DNA of 64,000 nucleotides from Escherichia phage KEP4: sequence record PP047754; one strand, 5' to 3'. Shown piece by piece: positions 19,568 to 28,983 of this stretch (position 1 is its first letter; each line of letters starts with the position of its first letter). The notes under the pieces were generated by a model. It saw only the letters and a program-made list of their open reading frames with translations, ran no database searches and was not told where the DNA came from. The position numbers and the translations under genes were made by a program.

Positions 19568-20536
19568 TTAGAAGCTGTCGCCTTCGGTATCAAAGCGGCC
19601 TTTGTGCAACGGTTCTAGTTCTATAAACGTCATGTCGATTTGTGTCGACACGATGCTGTCATCTTTGTGTACAGCATATGAAGAGTCAGGCGTCTCGTTA
19701 ACAAACATATTTGATAGGACGCAAGTCGATATCCGATGCAACCATTTGTTGCGTTCTCCCTGGACCATGAACGTGATATCAAACGTGGATGGATGAAGAT
19801 AGAATGCGCTGGAATTCTTGTTGTATTTGTATTCTGGATACATGTGCATCTTGAATAAACGGATAATCTCCCGCACCATTTTCGCCTCTTTTTGCGATCT
19901 TGGAGTGAATTTGAATGTGAACGGGATTTCTCGGTTGCGCACCCCTTGGAAAATCATCTCCACATACGGGTTGGTCATCGTACCTGTAAACAATTCTAAT
20001 GTATCATGAGCATTAATTGTCGGCAAGAAAGGAATTGCTTCCGAAGCAGATTGAATGGCCTTTGTTGCCGCAAATCTCCCCATTTCTTTCCCAACATTCA
20101 AAGCATCCCCAAGTTTGAATTGACTCATATCTTGGGCGGCGCGTGATAAGAATTGGGCACCCATACCTGCTAATCCCAACTCGGAGCCGTTCCAGCCAAC
20201 GCCATAGTTGGTTGTAATGGATTCGGGCATACACAACACAATTGACTCGTTAGAGCGGACATGACGCGCCCAAGCATATTTGCTAATAGACCCCGATTTA
20301 GAACCATAAACCACAGGAGTCTTACCCAATGGATTTTGTATCGGATTTTCGACGGTTTGGGTTGTGGTGTCCCCATATGAAGAACCAGATATTCGGTTGA
20401 TGTTGAATAGAACATAATGGCCGAGGGTTTTACCCCCTGTTATGTCTAATGGATAGACCAATTGCTTCTGAGACTTGGCCAAGCCTTTTGTGTTCAGAAC
20501 TTTGATCTTATCGATGGTCGACTTGAAATTCGCCAT
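19568..20536 (-). CDS. baseplate/tail tube-associated protein (tentative)
   Basis: 322-aa ORF heading the minus-strand structural run. Confidence 0.4.
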   Translation of the reverse strand: MANFKSTIDKIKVLNTKGLAKSQKQLVYPLDITGGKTLGHYVLFNINRISGSSYGDTTTQTVENPIQNPLGKTPVVYGSKSGSISKYAWARHVRSNESIVLCMPESITTNYGVGWNGSELGLAGMGAQFLSRAAQDMSQFKLGDALNVGKEMGRFAATKAIQSASEAIPFLPTINAHDTLELFTGTMTNPYVEMIFQGVRNREIPFTFKFTPRSQKEAKMVREIIRLFKMHMYPEYKYNKNSSAFYLHPSTFDITFMVQGERNKWLHRISTCVLSNMFVNETPDSSYAVHKDDSIVSTQIDMTFIELEPLHKGRFDTEGDSF

Positions 20537-20589
20537 GGTCTGAAGCCCTTTAATTAGAATAGAGTGATGACACTATTTAGGACTAGAAT

Positions 20590-21210
20590 ATGGCTATGTA
20601 TTTGCAGGGGAAGTATGTTCCCGTAAATCCCAAGAAATATAAAGGCGACGTGAACAAAATAGTATTTCGTTCTTCGCTAGAACTTGTCGCCTTTAAATTT
20701 TGTGATATGAATCCTGCTATCGTCTATTGGTCTTCAGAAGAAACTGTAATCCCTTACATATCTCCGGTTGATGGCCGCGCCCATCGTTATTTCATGGATT
20801 TGAAGGTTTGGACTCGTCGGCAGGATTCCGATGAATTACAAATTACTCTTATTGAAATAAAACCCAAAGACCAGATTAAAGAACCTCGCAAAACTAAAAC
20901 GATGAAGGAATCAACATTCAATAATTCAATGCGCACTTGGTTGGTAAATCAGGCAAAGTGGACAGCAACTAAAGAACATTGCGCAAAAGTAGGTTGGAAA
21001 TTCATTATCTGGACAGAAGAACATTTGGTGCCAGGTGAAGACCCAGAAGTTAAAAAACAATTTGCTCTTCGTTCTAAGAAAAAGCGCGAAGTCGAAATGG
21101 AAGATCGACGCCGCGCTCAAAGGATTAATGCGTTGAAAGAGCAAATGAAGAAGGAAACTGCTAATAAACAACCAACGCAATCGGAAGATGATGGTTTGTT
21201 ATTACCCTGA
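20590..21210 (+). CDS. hypothetical protein (206 aa)
   Basis: ORF on plus strand; D..EIK pattern, basic C-terminus. Confidence 0.5.
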   Translation: MAMYLQGKYVPVNPKKYKGDVNKIVFRSSLELVAFKFCDMNPAIVYWSSEETVIPYISPVDGRAHRYFMDLKVWTRRQDSDELQITLIEIKPKDQIKEPRKTKTMKESTFNNSMRTWLVNQAKWTATKEHCAKVGWKFIIWTEEHLVPGEDPEVKKQFALRSKKKREVEMEDRRRAQRINALKEQMKKETANKQPTQSEDDGLLLP

Positions 21211-21420
21211 TTTCCTTGGATGTCCAGGGGCAAAGCAAGTTTGTTTGTCCCTGCATATCATCCACCCATCAGCACGGGCTTGTCTAGCACAGTCTCCCCA
21301 AGATTCACCAGCATAAGACTTCATCCCACATCTGGGGTGATGTTCTTGCCAAGCCCAATTACAAGATTTGCATTCAACGCACTCACAATACAAATCGACG
21401 GTGTATCCTGCAGTAATCAT
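21202..21420 (-). CDS. small Cys-rich protein (72 aa)
   Basis: Nine Cys in 72 aa (CECVECKSC..). Confidence 0.4.
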   Translation of the reverse strand: MITAGYTVDLYCECVECKSCNWAWQEHHPRCGMKSYAGESWGDCARQARADGWMICRDKQTCFAPGHPRKSG

Positions 21421-21828
21421 TTAGTCACCCAGATGATCATAAATTTTTTGACGGAATTCGTTCCCTTTAGCACAACCTGTAGCCAACAGGCGAGTACCGC
21501 CCGTGCCAATAACACTGATGGTCGAAAACTTCAGGATACGGCCTGTGATAGACTGGTCCACCTTAATGGTTTCTACTTTACCAAGACGGAGTTCATCAGC
21601 ATCACGACGAATAAATCCCCGTTTGACAATAACACGCTTGTTGGTGACTGCGAATTCAGTTGTCAATACATTTAAAATTGTTGGTATCAGAAATAACAAG
21701 CTGAATCCAAATGTTGGGATAATCGTTAAAATAACCAGAACATAAATCCAAAAACCGCTCCACCAAGTCGGGCGGGTGAAAGCGATGACATGTTCATTTT
21801 CGCCGAGCATGCGGTCTACATAACGCAT
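21421..21828 (-). CDS. membrane protein with PH-like domain (135 aa)
   Basis: Two hydrophobic helices then a beta-rich domain. Confidence 0.45.
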   Translation of the reverse strand: MRYVDRMLGENEHVIAFTRPTWWSGFWIYVLVILTIIPTFGFSLLFLIPTILNVLTTEFAVTNKRVIVKRGFIRRDADELRLGKVETIKVDQSITGRILKFSTISVIGTGGTRLLATGCAKGNEFRQKIYDHLGD

Positions 21829-21829
21829 T

Positions 21830-22357
21830 TTAATTCCTTACTTTGTCTGGGTAGGATAAGATTTGTTCGTATCCGACTTCGCCTTGATCGTCGAAAACGT
21901 GTTTAAGGATCGCCATATCGCCCACCATCCGGTAAACTTCAATTCCGGCGTTCATCAATCTTTTGATTCCATCCATGATACGATATGGCTCTTGATAATA
22001 TACTTTATCGATCTTGCCGTTGTCGATGATCTTCTGAGTGCAATCAGGGCATGGGCTATGTGTCACAAACATAACCAACCCTGTGAAATCATCTGTATTT
22101 TCGGGGATACGCATTAGAGCATTTTCCTCCGCATGAATGACACACGGGTTTGTAACAATTTGCCCGTGTTGTTCCATCTCACAAACATTCGGCATACCAG
22201 GAGGCGTTCCGTTCCATCCGATAGCCACAGGCTGATCAGTTTCAGGGTTTACGATAACACAACCGACTTGCAGACGCCGAGCATAACTGGTTACACCATA
22301 TGCTGCAGCTGATCGCATATGGGCGAACATCATACGTGGTTTAATCATTTTTAACAC
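21830..22357 (-). CDS. cd: dCMP deaminase
   Basis: Zn-dependent deaminase motifs HAEENAL and SPCPDC; 175 aa. Confidence 0.8.
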   Translation of the reverse strand: MLKMIKPRMMFAHMRSAAAYGVTSYARRLQVGCVIVNPETDQPVAIGWNGTPPGMPNVCEMEQHGQIVTNPCVIHAEENALMRIPENTDDFTGLVMFVTHSPCPDCTQKIIDNGKIDKVYYQEPYRIMDGIKRLMNAGIEVYRMVGDMAILKHVFDDQGEVGYEQILSYPDKVRN

Positions 22358-22748
22358 CCTTTAATTTGTTCATGAAACGGCGGAAAATGCTTGGTTTGTT
22401 ATTTTCCATATTTTCTGCCAAGGTCAATTTCATCACATAATTCGTTGCCATATCAACTTTAGATTCACGGATGAAGATATGTTCCCCTGGTAGATCTATG
22501 GCTAACGCTTCAGACACTATTTCTAAAGCTGAACCAATCATGGCCGCGACTCGAAGATGACCAAAACTTAATACTCCTTTGGCGTCCTTTTCAATGGCAC
22601 GGTATACTTTATCGACTTCACCAGCCAATATTATCTTCAGCCATTCAGTGTATTCCGTATCATAAGGATCATATATGAAAATTTCCCCATATATGAGTTC
22701 GTTGTCTTCCCTTCGAGTTAACTCAAACTTCAGGCGATAACGTTTCAT
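22341..22748 (-). CDS. hypothetical protein (135 aa)
   Basis: ORF. Confidence 0.45.
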   Translation of the reverse strand: MKRYRLKFELTRREDNELIYGEIFIYDPYDTEYTEWLKIILAGEVDKVYRAIEKDAKGVLSFGHLRVAAMIGSALEIVSEALAIDLPGEHIFIRESKVDMATNYVMKLTLAENMENNKPSIFRRFMNKLKGVKND

Positions 22749-23086
22749 TTGACCACCACATTTTTCTCAATGTAGAAAATAAGATCATCATGGTCCTGGC
22801 GACCAAATACTTGTCCCAACGCCAACATAGAGTTCACAACACCAGAGATAGCCGTGTGGACTTTATCCATACTCAATTTGTCATACGTGATTGGGGACAG
22901 TTTTTCCAGTTCAACGTTCACACGTTCAACAATGTGAGGTGGATGATTGATATAACGTTGAAGATACTTTTCACGCAACGCAATTTTTTCGATAAGATCT
23001 GACATTTCTGCATTCTCTTCTGAATACAGACGTTCTTTAGATTTCAGTTCTTCGAGGCGTTCGTACATTTCTTTTAATGAAATCAT
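22745..23086 (-). CDS. hypothetical protein
   Basis: Start moved to ATG 23086 (GGGAGAG RBS); upstream part of the track ORF overlaps a terminator hairpin. Confidence 0.45.
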   Translation of the reverse strand: MISLKEMYERLEELKSKERLYSEENAEMSDLIEKIALREKYLQRYINHPPHIVERVNVELEKLSPITYDKLSMDKVHTAISGVVNSMLALGQVFGRQDHDDLIFYIEKNVVVK

Positions 23087-23100
23087 GTTTGTCTCTCCCA

Positions 23101-23128
23101 ATAAATTAAGGGGAAGTATACCTTCCCC
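23101..23128 (-). terminator. terminator-like hairpin
   Basis: GGGGAAG..CTTCCCC stem, T-rich on minus side. Confidence 0.4.
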
Positions 23129-23149
23129 TTTCTTCAATAACCTAAAATA

Positions 23150-23500
23150 TTATTCAGTACATGCTTTACCGAGGTCTGTAAGTCTATAGAATGTTACTTC
23201 AGACTTCGGCCAATGCTTATACTCTTCAGAGTTGTCATGAACCATTGTAAACGCAGGTTCGATCAGACCTTTAGACAACAAGGATTGACCTGAACGCGTA
23301 TCCCATGGATCACCCTTTACAGAACGAAACCCGCCAGATATCGGTGGCGCATGAAAAGTCCAAACCGTTTTCCCTTTATCGTTCGTCCAAGATTTGGGAT
23401 TGAAATACCAATGACAAAGGCGTCTGGCTTCACCTTTTTCAAAATTCAACATTCCTAAAAGGACGCAGAGTTGATGTCCTGTGATTCTTGGCTTTTTCAT
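23150..23500 (-). CDS. hypothetical protein (116 aa)
   Basis: ORF. Confidence 0.45.
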   Translation of the reverse strand: MKKPRITGHQLCVLLGMLNFEKGEARRLCHWYFNPKSWTNDKGKTVWTFHAPPISGGFRSVKGDPWDTRSGQSLLSKGLIEPAFTMVHDNSEEYKHWPKSEVTFYRLTDLGKACTE

Positions 23501-23829
23501 AAGATCCCCAAGTTAGTAAGGTAACGATAAAACAAGATTATAGACAGAAATCCAATTAACACCCAAGACGACAGGATAGGCTTGCAATTTAGCGTAGTCT
23601 TTCCATTGGGTATGTTAGGACTTCCAGTAATAACAACCGAATCCGTTTTAGCTCTCAGCGTCATGACAGAACCCATGAGGATGATTGGGCGCACATAATG
23701 TCCTTCATTATTGCGCTTTACGATACATGGTGAAGAAAATCGCAGGAACGGATCACCGCTTTTATAACCAAATAACTCGACCTTTTCTATTTCTTCGGGT
23801 ACTTTCTGACCAGGAAAGAATATTCTCAT
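23497..23829 (-). CDS. hypothetical protein (110 aa)
   Basis: ORF, overlapping stops/starts in the run. Confidence 0.4.
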   Translation of the reverse strand: MRIFFPGQKVPEEIEKVELFGYKSGDPFLRFSSPCIVKRNNEGHYVRPIILMGSVMTLRAKTDSVVITGSPNIPNGKTTLNCKPILSSWVLIGFLSIILFYRYLTNLGIL

Positions 23830-24404
23830 AGCACAATTCCTAAATTTGTGTATAATAACTCAGCCAGGGTTACAGGACGCTTGAATTGTTCCCAACTGCA
23901 GTTCAGGTATTCGCGCTCTTCGCGAATATTTTCGTGAAGATGACCATGGATATTATACGCCCAACGGTCTAATTGATAAGGAACATGTGTTGTCAACACA
24001 CGGCCAACAGGCGTGTCACGTTCATACATAGCGCCGAAGGAGCTAATCCAGCCGTCCAGATACAGAGACAACAACATCTTAAAGCTGTCATGGTTGCCTT
24101 GTGCCACCCTGATGATAAAGTTCGGACGCCAGTCATCGGGGACGGGGCGGCGTTTGAACTCATCAATGTTTCGCTTGGCACCCTCCCGCATCAGGCGAAT
24201 GAACCCTTCAGCCCCGATGAAGCATATATCACCAGCCAGTTCAAGGACGTCCCGAGACTTCAATCCTTGGAAGATCGTGTCAATGACCGCAGCGTCATGG
24301 GCTTCCTGTGTATCAAATCCACGCGGTTTAAAGACCTTCTTATGCCCAAGGTGAGTGTCACCAAGGTACTTTACGATTCCCGCCATTATGGTTTCCTCAG
24401 CCAT
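23826..24404 (-). CDS. calcineurin-like metallophosphoesterase
   Basis: Motifs GDTHLG, GDICF, GNHD, GHLHEN. Confidence 0.65.
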   Translation of the reverse strand: MAEETIMAGIVKYLGDTHLGHKKVFKPRGFDTQEAHDAAVIDTIFQGLKSRDVLELAGDICFIGAEGFIRLMREGAKRNIDEFKRRPVPDDWRPNFIIRVAQGNHDSFKMLLSLYLDGWISSFGAMYERDTPVGRVLTTHVPYQLDRWAYNIHGHLHENIREEREYLNCSWEQFKRPVTLAELLYTNLGIVL

Positions 24405-24727
24405 TCTAAAATCGGTACGTTCACAAACCCTTTATGCCAGCGATGCGGTTTGTGGCCTCTGTTATGTTCCAATAAGCACGTATCGGGAGGAACACTGAAG
24501 TGAATGCCTTCGATGTCATAATAATTCCCATCAATCAGAGTATACACATGACCTTCGATCTGACTGTAATGGATCTCTGCTTGAGGATACACATGCTTCA
24601 GAACCAGAGCAACCTGATAGCACTTTCCGTTCTTCCCAACATACTCAACATCCACCTGTTGTGGGAAGACGTCTTTGATAAGATTTATCAATCTCGTGAT
24701 GTCATTTACAACAACTGAACGTTTCAT
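24386..24727 (-). CDS. hypothetical protein (113 aa)
   Basis: ORF. Confidence 0.45.
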   Translation of the reverse strand: MKRSVVVNDITRLINLIKDVFPQQVDVEYVGKNGKCYQVALVLKHVYPQAEIHYSQIEGHVYTLIDGNYYDIEGIHFSVPPDTCLLEHNRGHKPHRWHKGFVNVPILEWLRKP

Positions 24728-24729
24728 CT

Positions 24730-25392
24730 CTATGATAACTCATGGCGATGTCGAACACACGCAGGGCAATCACAATTCTTTTTCAAAATTGGCAATTCAC
24801 ACCATGTCATTAAGTCATGTATTGGGGACATGTGATGATAGAACCAAGATTTCTTGAGACTAATCAATGGATATAAAATTTCAATAGGTCTTTCCCCGTC
24901 TCTGGTCATCATGTTGTATCCTTCAATAACTTTATTAAAGGCGGGTATCCAGTGTATTGCGTCATCGCCGTTAACATATGCCAAGATATACGTGGACGGC
25001 AAGCCACTGCCTTTAAATTGCGTGTTTAATAACCATATCGGGGCTTGTGCTAAACAAGCGCGAAAACCACCGTTCGGGACGTTGATGCTACTGATAGGTT
25101 CTTGATGATGTGTCCAACGATACATGAGAAGTGGGGCATTTTTATTAATCCAGTTGTGTATTTTATTCCTCGCCCAATTTTCGCGCTTAGATTTAAATTT
25201 ATTATTTTCGAGGTGGCAATACACAGTATGAACTGAATATCCTTTCGATAACAACCAAATCAACATGTATGTGCTATCCACCCCACCAGACCAGAACAAC
25301 GTCACTTCTTGATTATTCTCCGGCAATGGAGCATCCCCTTGAAGAACACGGTATACAAAATCACAATCAGATACTGAGACAACAATTTCCAT
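24730..25392 (-). CDS. QueC-like PP-loop ATPase (7-cyano-7-deazaguanine synthase family)
   Basis: PP-loop SGGVDS plus C-terminal CDCPACVRHR Zn motif resembling QueC CGECPACHLR. Confidence 0.7.
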   Translation of the reverse strand: MEIVVSVSDCDFVYRVLQGDAPLPENNQEVTLFWSGGVDSTYMLIWLLSKGYSVHTVYCHLENNKFKSKRENWARNKIHNWINKNAPLLMYRWTHHQEPISSINVPNGGFRACLAQAPIWLLNTQFKGSGLPSTYILAYVNGDDAIHWIPAFNKVIEGYNMMTRDGERPIEILYPLISLKKSWFYHHMSPIHDLMTWCELPILKKNCDCPACVRHRHELS

Positions 25393-25857
25393 TAAAATAT
25401 TCCTCTTAAAGAATCATTTGTTGTGCGCCATAAAGATATGATGGTACAATGATAATACATTATACAAATAGAAAAGCCCCGAAAGGGGCTTATTTGTCTT
25501 CAGATTCGTACAAACGCCAATTGCCGATGCTAAACCATTCCCCCACATTATTTGAATATCTGGTTGTTCGGACTCCTCCGACTTCATACGCCCATTTGAA
25601 GAATTTCCATTTGGACGATAAAGAAGGACATTCGCTTCCGGATTTCAAAGAACACGCTGTGAGCCAACGCGTAATACTGAGAGCCTGAAAAATCGGATGG
25701 ATAAATGAAGAATACAATATCCAAAGCGTTATGGCAACAAAAACAATGGTCGTGATCACCCCGACAATTTGAAAGAACATTTAAGAACCTCCAAAATATT
25801 GAACACAGACTATGGAGAAAACTATGATTGTAAACAACCATGAAAACAAGGAAAGAA

Positions 25858-26490
25858 TCATCCTTCTACCTTCAGCCCCATCAGGTCTTCCATGGTTTTC
25901 TGAATGCGTAGCCAGTCAAGCGCCGCATCATAACGAGGATCATGATAGACCATGCCTTCCAGTTCCCACGCCTTGATACCAGCATATCGATCCTGCTGCC
26001 CAACACCCTTCAGCCAGCTTACGATGTCAAATGTGTGGTGATAGTCCCAAGGTTCGTTGGAATCTTGCTTACACGTCACCTCAATGATGTGCTGAGCCTT
26101 GCGTAGGTCAAACAGATTCCTATCACACCAGTCAACCGATCGCGGGTCGATCCCAAGGCGATGGCATCCCCTGCGAATTTCATCGGCCAATTTGAAAATA
26201 GAAATATCCTTGTCGGTCGGATATAGACTGATAGCTCGGGCGGCGTCGCACGGGTTGCGTTTACCTGTACCCAGCCACCATTCCACAGTGCCCTGGTCTT
26301 TCACACGGCCAAGTTCAATCTGTTCTTTGACATTCAGTTTGATAAATGTCGTGCGCTCTACAACAAGCTGCTGAAGAGTATAACGCTTGGTCAGGTCGGC
26401 GATAGTCTGTGCCCAAGACAACATTACAGCATCATCCCAACGACCGAGAGTTTCGCTATCAGCGACGGCCAAGAAATTAGATTTATACAT
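25858..26490 (-). CDS. DEDD-type 3'-5' exonuclease-like protein (DexA-like, tentative)
   Basis: AVADSETLG (Exo I-like D.E) and YHDPRYDAALD (Exo III-like). Confidence 0.45.
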   Translation of the reverse strand: MYKSNFLAVADSETLGRWDDAVMLSWAQTIADLTKRYTLQQLVVERTTFIKLNVKEQIELGRVKDQGTVEWWLGTGKRNPCDAARAISLYPTDKDISIFKLADEIRRGCHRLGIDPRSVDWCDRNLFDLRKAQHIIEVTCKQDSNEPWDYHHTFDIVSWLKGVGQQDRYAGIKAWELEGMVYHDPRYDAALDWLRIQKTMEDLMGLKVEG

Positions 26491-26827
26491 CAGTTTCCCC
26501 TGCTTTCTCTAAAAGGAGTTTCAAAGGATATGTCCCACAAGCGGTGGCATACTCGACTTTGAAATATGAATTATCGTTCATGGCGAAATTTCGATGTGGG
26601 AAATATTCCCCGTCATCCAACCCGCCCAATCCCCCGCCGACGCGATATTGTTTTAACTCGACTTCGCCGCCATAACGGAGTTGGGCATATAGGCCGATAG
26701 GAGCGCGAACGTAATGCTCCAGCCATACCCAATTTCCATCGTGTAAACGTGTAGGGATAAATGCAAAACGCACCTTGGGATGAAGAACGGCTTTGGCGAG
26801 CATCTCTTCTGTTATTTCACGCTTCAT
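26483..26827 (-). CDS. hypothetical protein (114 aa)
   Basis: ORF. Confidence 0.45.
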   Translation of the reverse strand: MKREITEEMLAKAVLHPKVRFAFIPTRLHDGNWVWLEHYVRAPIGLYAQLRYGGEVELKQYRVGGGLGGLDDGEYFPHRNFAMNDNSYFKVEYATACGTYPLKLLLEKAGETDV

Positions 26828-27444
26828 CCAATACCTTCCTCTTCGATGATATCTTCTTCACTAGCTACGACAGAGATTCCGTAGTCCACCATCTGGGAAA
26901 GTTCTTGTAAATCTTGTTCAAACCCGTCACCCTGTCGGATATAAAAGACGGGTACGACACGACGCCTGGTATCTTCGAAGATAGTCTCCGCGATTTTATT
27001 AATCTGACTCACCACGTGAAACAGTTTTAATCCACCGATGCCACAGCCGATGGCGGGTAAACCAACATAGACTGTTTCGTCAGTTTTTGCCTCAATGATA
27101 TCGTGAACTTGTTCAAACATAATCTGGACTGAACTGATAATGGAAGGCATGCGTGCGTTAGGACCAGGGTAGAACTGAGTATACAAATTGAATCCCCAGA
27201 CACCAGTGTCATGATCAAACGCATAGGACATGTTCCCCAAACGTTGTTCCGGACCACGTTCATCTAATTGGTCGGCTCGGTAAATTTCTGGGAAATCTAA
27301 TCGAACATGGTTGGCGATACCTGCGCCCATCACAGACCAACAATTTGCGCCATGAGCGAAAGTATTGATGAGATTAAAACTCGTAGCGGCTTTCAGTAAA
27401 TCGCCGTTTGTGATAACATATGTGGTCATGCGTAACGTCTCCAT
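26824..27444 (-). CDS. macrodomain protein (ADP-ribose binding/processing)
   Basis: VITNGDLL..NTFAHGANCWSVMGAGIANHV resembles the macrodomain N..GGGV..AI signature. Confidence 0.6.
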   Translation of the reverse strand: METLRMTTYVITNGDLLKAATSFNLINTFAHGANCWSVMGAGIANHVRLDFPEIYRADQLDERGPEQRLGNMSYAFDHDTGVWGFNLYTQFYPGPNARMPSIISSVQIMFEQVHDIIEAKTDETVYVGLPAIGCGIGGLKLFHVVSQINKIAETIFEDTRRRVVPVFYIRQGDGFEQDLQELSQMVDYGISVVASEEDIIEEEGIG

Positions 27445-27662
27445 TGTATAATTTCGTTGTTGACACAGCTAACCTGGATGATACACATATTCTGGCGATG
27501 GTCAGTGAGTGTCATAATAAAACTGTCTGTCTGTGCCATAACGCAATTGACAGATATTCCTCGCATTATCAAACGAACACAGATTTCTTGATATAATCGT
27601 TTCATGTATCCTGAAACTGAAGCGGACTCATACACGCGTTCAAATTCATATAACTCGTTCAT
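27426..27662 (-). CDS. hypothetical small protein
   Basis: ORF. Confidence 0.35.
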   Translation of the reverse strand: MNELYEFERVYESASVSGYMKRLYQEICVRLIMRGISVNCVMAQTDSFIMTLTDHRQNMCIIQVSCVNNEIIQWRRYA

Positions 27663-27883
27663 TTATTCAGACCATCAATAGCGTGTTCAGAAATATATTC
27701 AACAAATTGGTTATCAGCTGCCATCTTTAAAAGTTCAAATAATTCCGTTCCAACGGTACTCCCAAACATCCCTTCCAATACACCCTGAACATCTTCATCT
27801 ATTTCTTCGATGACGAGTCCATACGATTTCAGGCGGCGTGAAATAGCACGGAACTGGACAATATCACCAATTTCATTTGCCAT
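27659..27883 (-). CDS. hypothetical small acidic protein
   Basis: ORF. Confidence 0.4.
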   Translation of the reverse strand: MANEIGDIVQFRAISRRLKSYGLVIEEIDEDVQGVLEGMFGSTVGTELFELLKMAADNQFVEYISEHAIDGLNK

Positions 27884-27932
27884 GTTATTTGTCTCATTAT
27901 GGGGTTAGGCGGCAATTATACCGCCAATTTAT

Positions 27933-28346
27933 TCAATAGAGGTCTTCGGAAAAGAGTTCTTTGAAAGGAGTGTTCTTCAAACGGACCTGATTAGTTTGTC
28001 CGGCTTCACGGGCGACCACAGCGGCCTCTTCACGGGACATCCATTGCCCATAGTTATCAATAAACCCTTGTTCACGAGTGTGGGTGGTTTCGATAATACC
28101 TGCTTCCTTCAATCGTTTGAGTTGCGTGTTCATCAATTTGTCGTGATGTCGGGCGCTTACAACGATCACATCACCATATTTGTTGGCAGCAGCCACAACA
28201 CGCCGATCAAACTTGGTTGGGTCAGGTATATCACGAGCATACAAGGCGATGTGAGTGTCGTCCACGTCCCCTTTCACTTCAGAGTATAACTGACACCCAT
28301 TAGGAGATCCAGTAGGTAAAGAACGAAAATATCCAAGTAATTTCAT
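27933..28346 (-). CDS. hypothetical protein (137 aa)
   Basis: ORF. Confidence 0.45.
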   Translation of the reverse strand: MKLLGYFRSLPTGSPNGCQLYSEVKGDVDDTHIALYARDIPDPTKFDRRVVAAANKYGDVIVVSARHHDKLMNTQLKRLKEAGIIETTHTREQGFIDNYGQWMSREEAAVVAREAGQTNQVRLKNTPFKELFSEDLY

Positions 28347-28349
28347 AAT

Positions 28350-28709
28350 CTAATCTATCCATATTTCAGGTTCGGGGATATCAACCATCTCCACCGTTTG
28401 ATTCTTTAATTCGTGGAAACAGTCACCAAGGAATTGTAATTTACCATCAGTCAAGAACAAATGACAACGACTCGCCGGATCAGAATGATTCACCAACAGA
28501 CTAGGAGTGAAAGTCGGTGATTCGAGATCGTGATTCCATTGCCATATTGGGCCAGGCATTTGCCCTGAAATGCGATAAGGATGAAGCATATTACATCCAG
28601 GACAATGAAAATATATGGAACCACCCATTGATAATAATTTTGGAGTCAATAATTTTGACATATCACGCCTCCACTTCTTCATCAGGATTGTATGGGTGTA
28701 ATTCTCCAA
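28350..28709 (-). CDS. hypothetical Cys/His-containing protein (119 aa)
   Basis: HCPGC..RCH..DCFH pattern. Confidence 0.45.
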   Translation of the reverse strand: MENYTHTILMKKWRRDMSKLLTPKLLSMGGSIYFHCPGCNMLHPYRISGQMPGPIWQWNHDLESPTFTPSLLVNHSDPASRCHLFLTDGKLQFLGDCFHELKNQTVEMVDIPEPEIWID

Positions 28710-28983
28710 TTAACTTAGGGAATAATGCGAATCCAAATAAATTAAATGAACGCATGGTGCCAACCATACCCACTTCATCCGATTCGGTTACATCAGAAAG
28801 AGCGCAAAGAGGTATCCATAAATCTTGTTGGCCTTCATGATTGACAAAAGCAACTTCCTCTTTAATAAAACGAGGGCATAAGATATCGAACAACCAATAG
28901 AAGAAAGCCAGCAATGAGAGACTGCGGAAATATACAAACATGGTGAACCCCTCGCTTGTTTGGAGGGAATTCACCCTCCAGAT

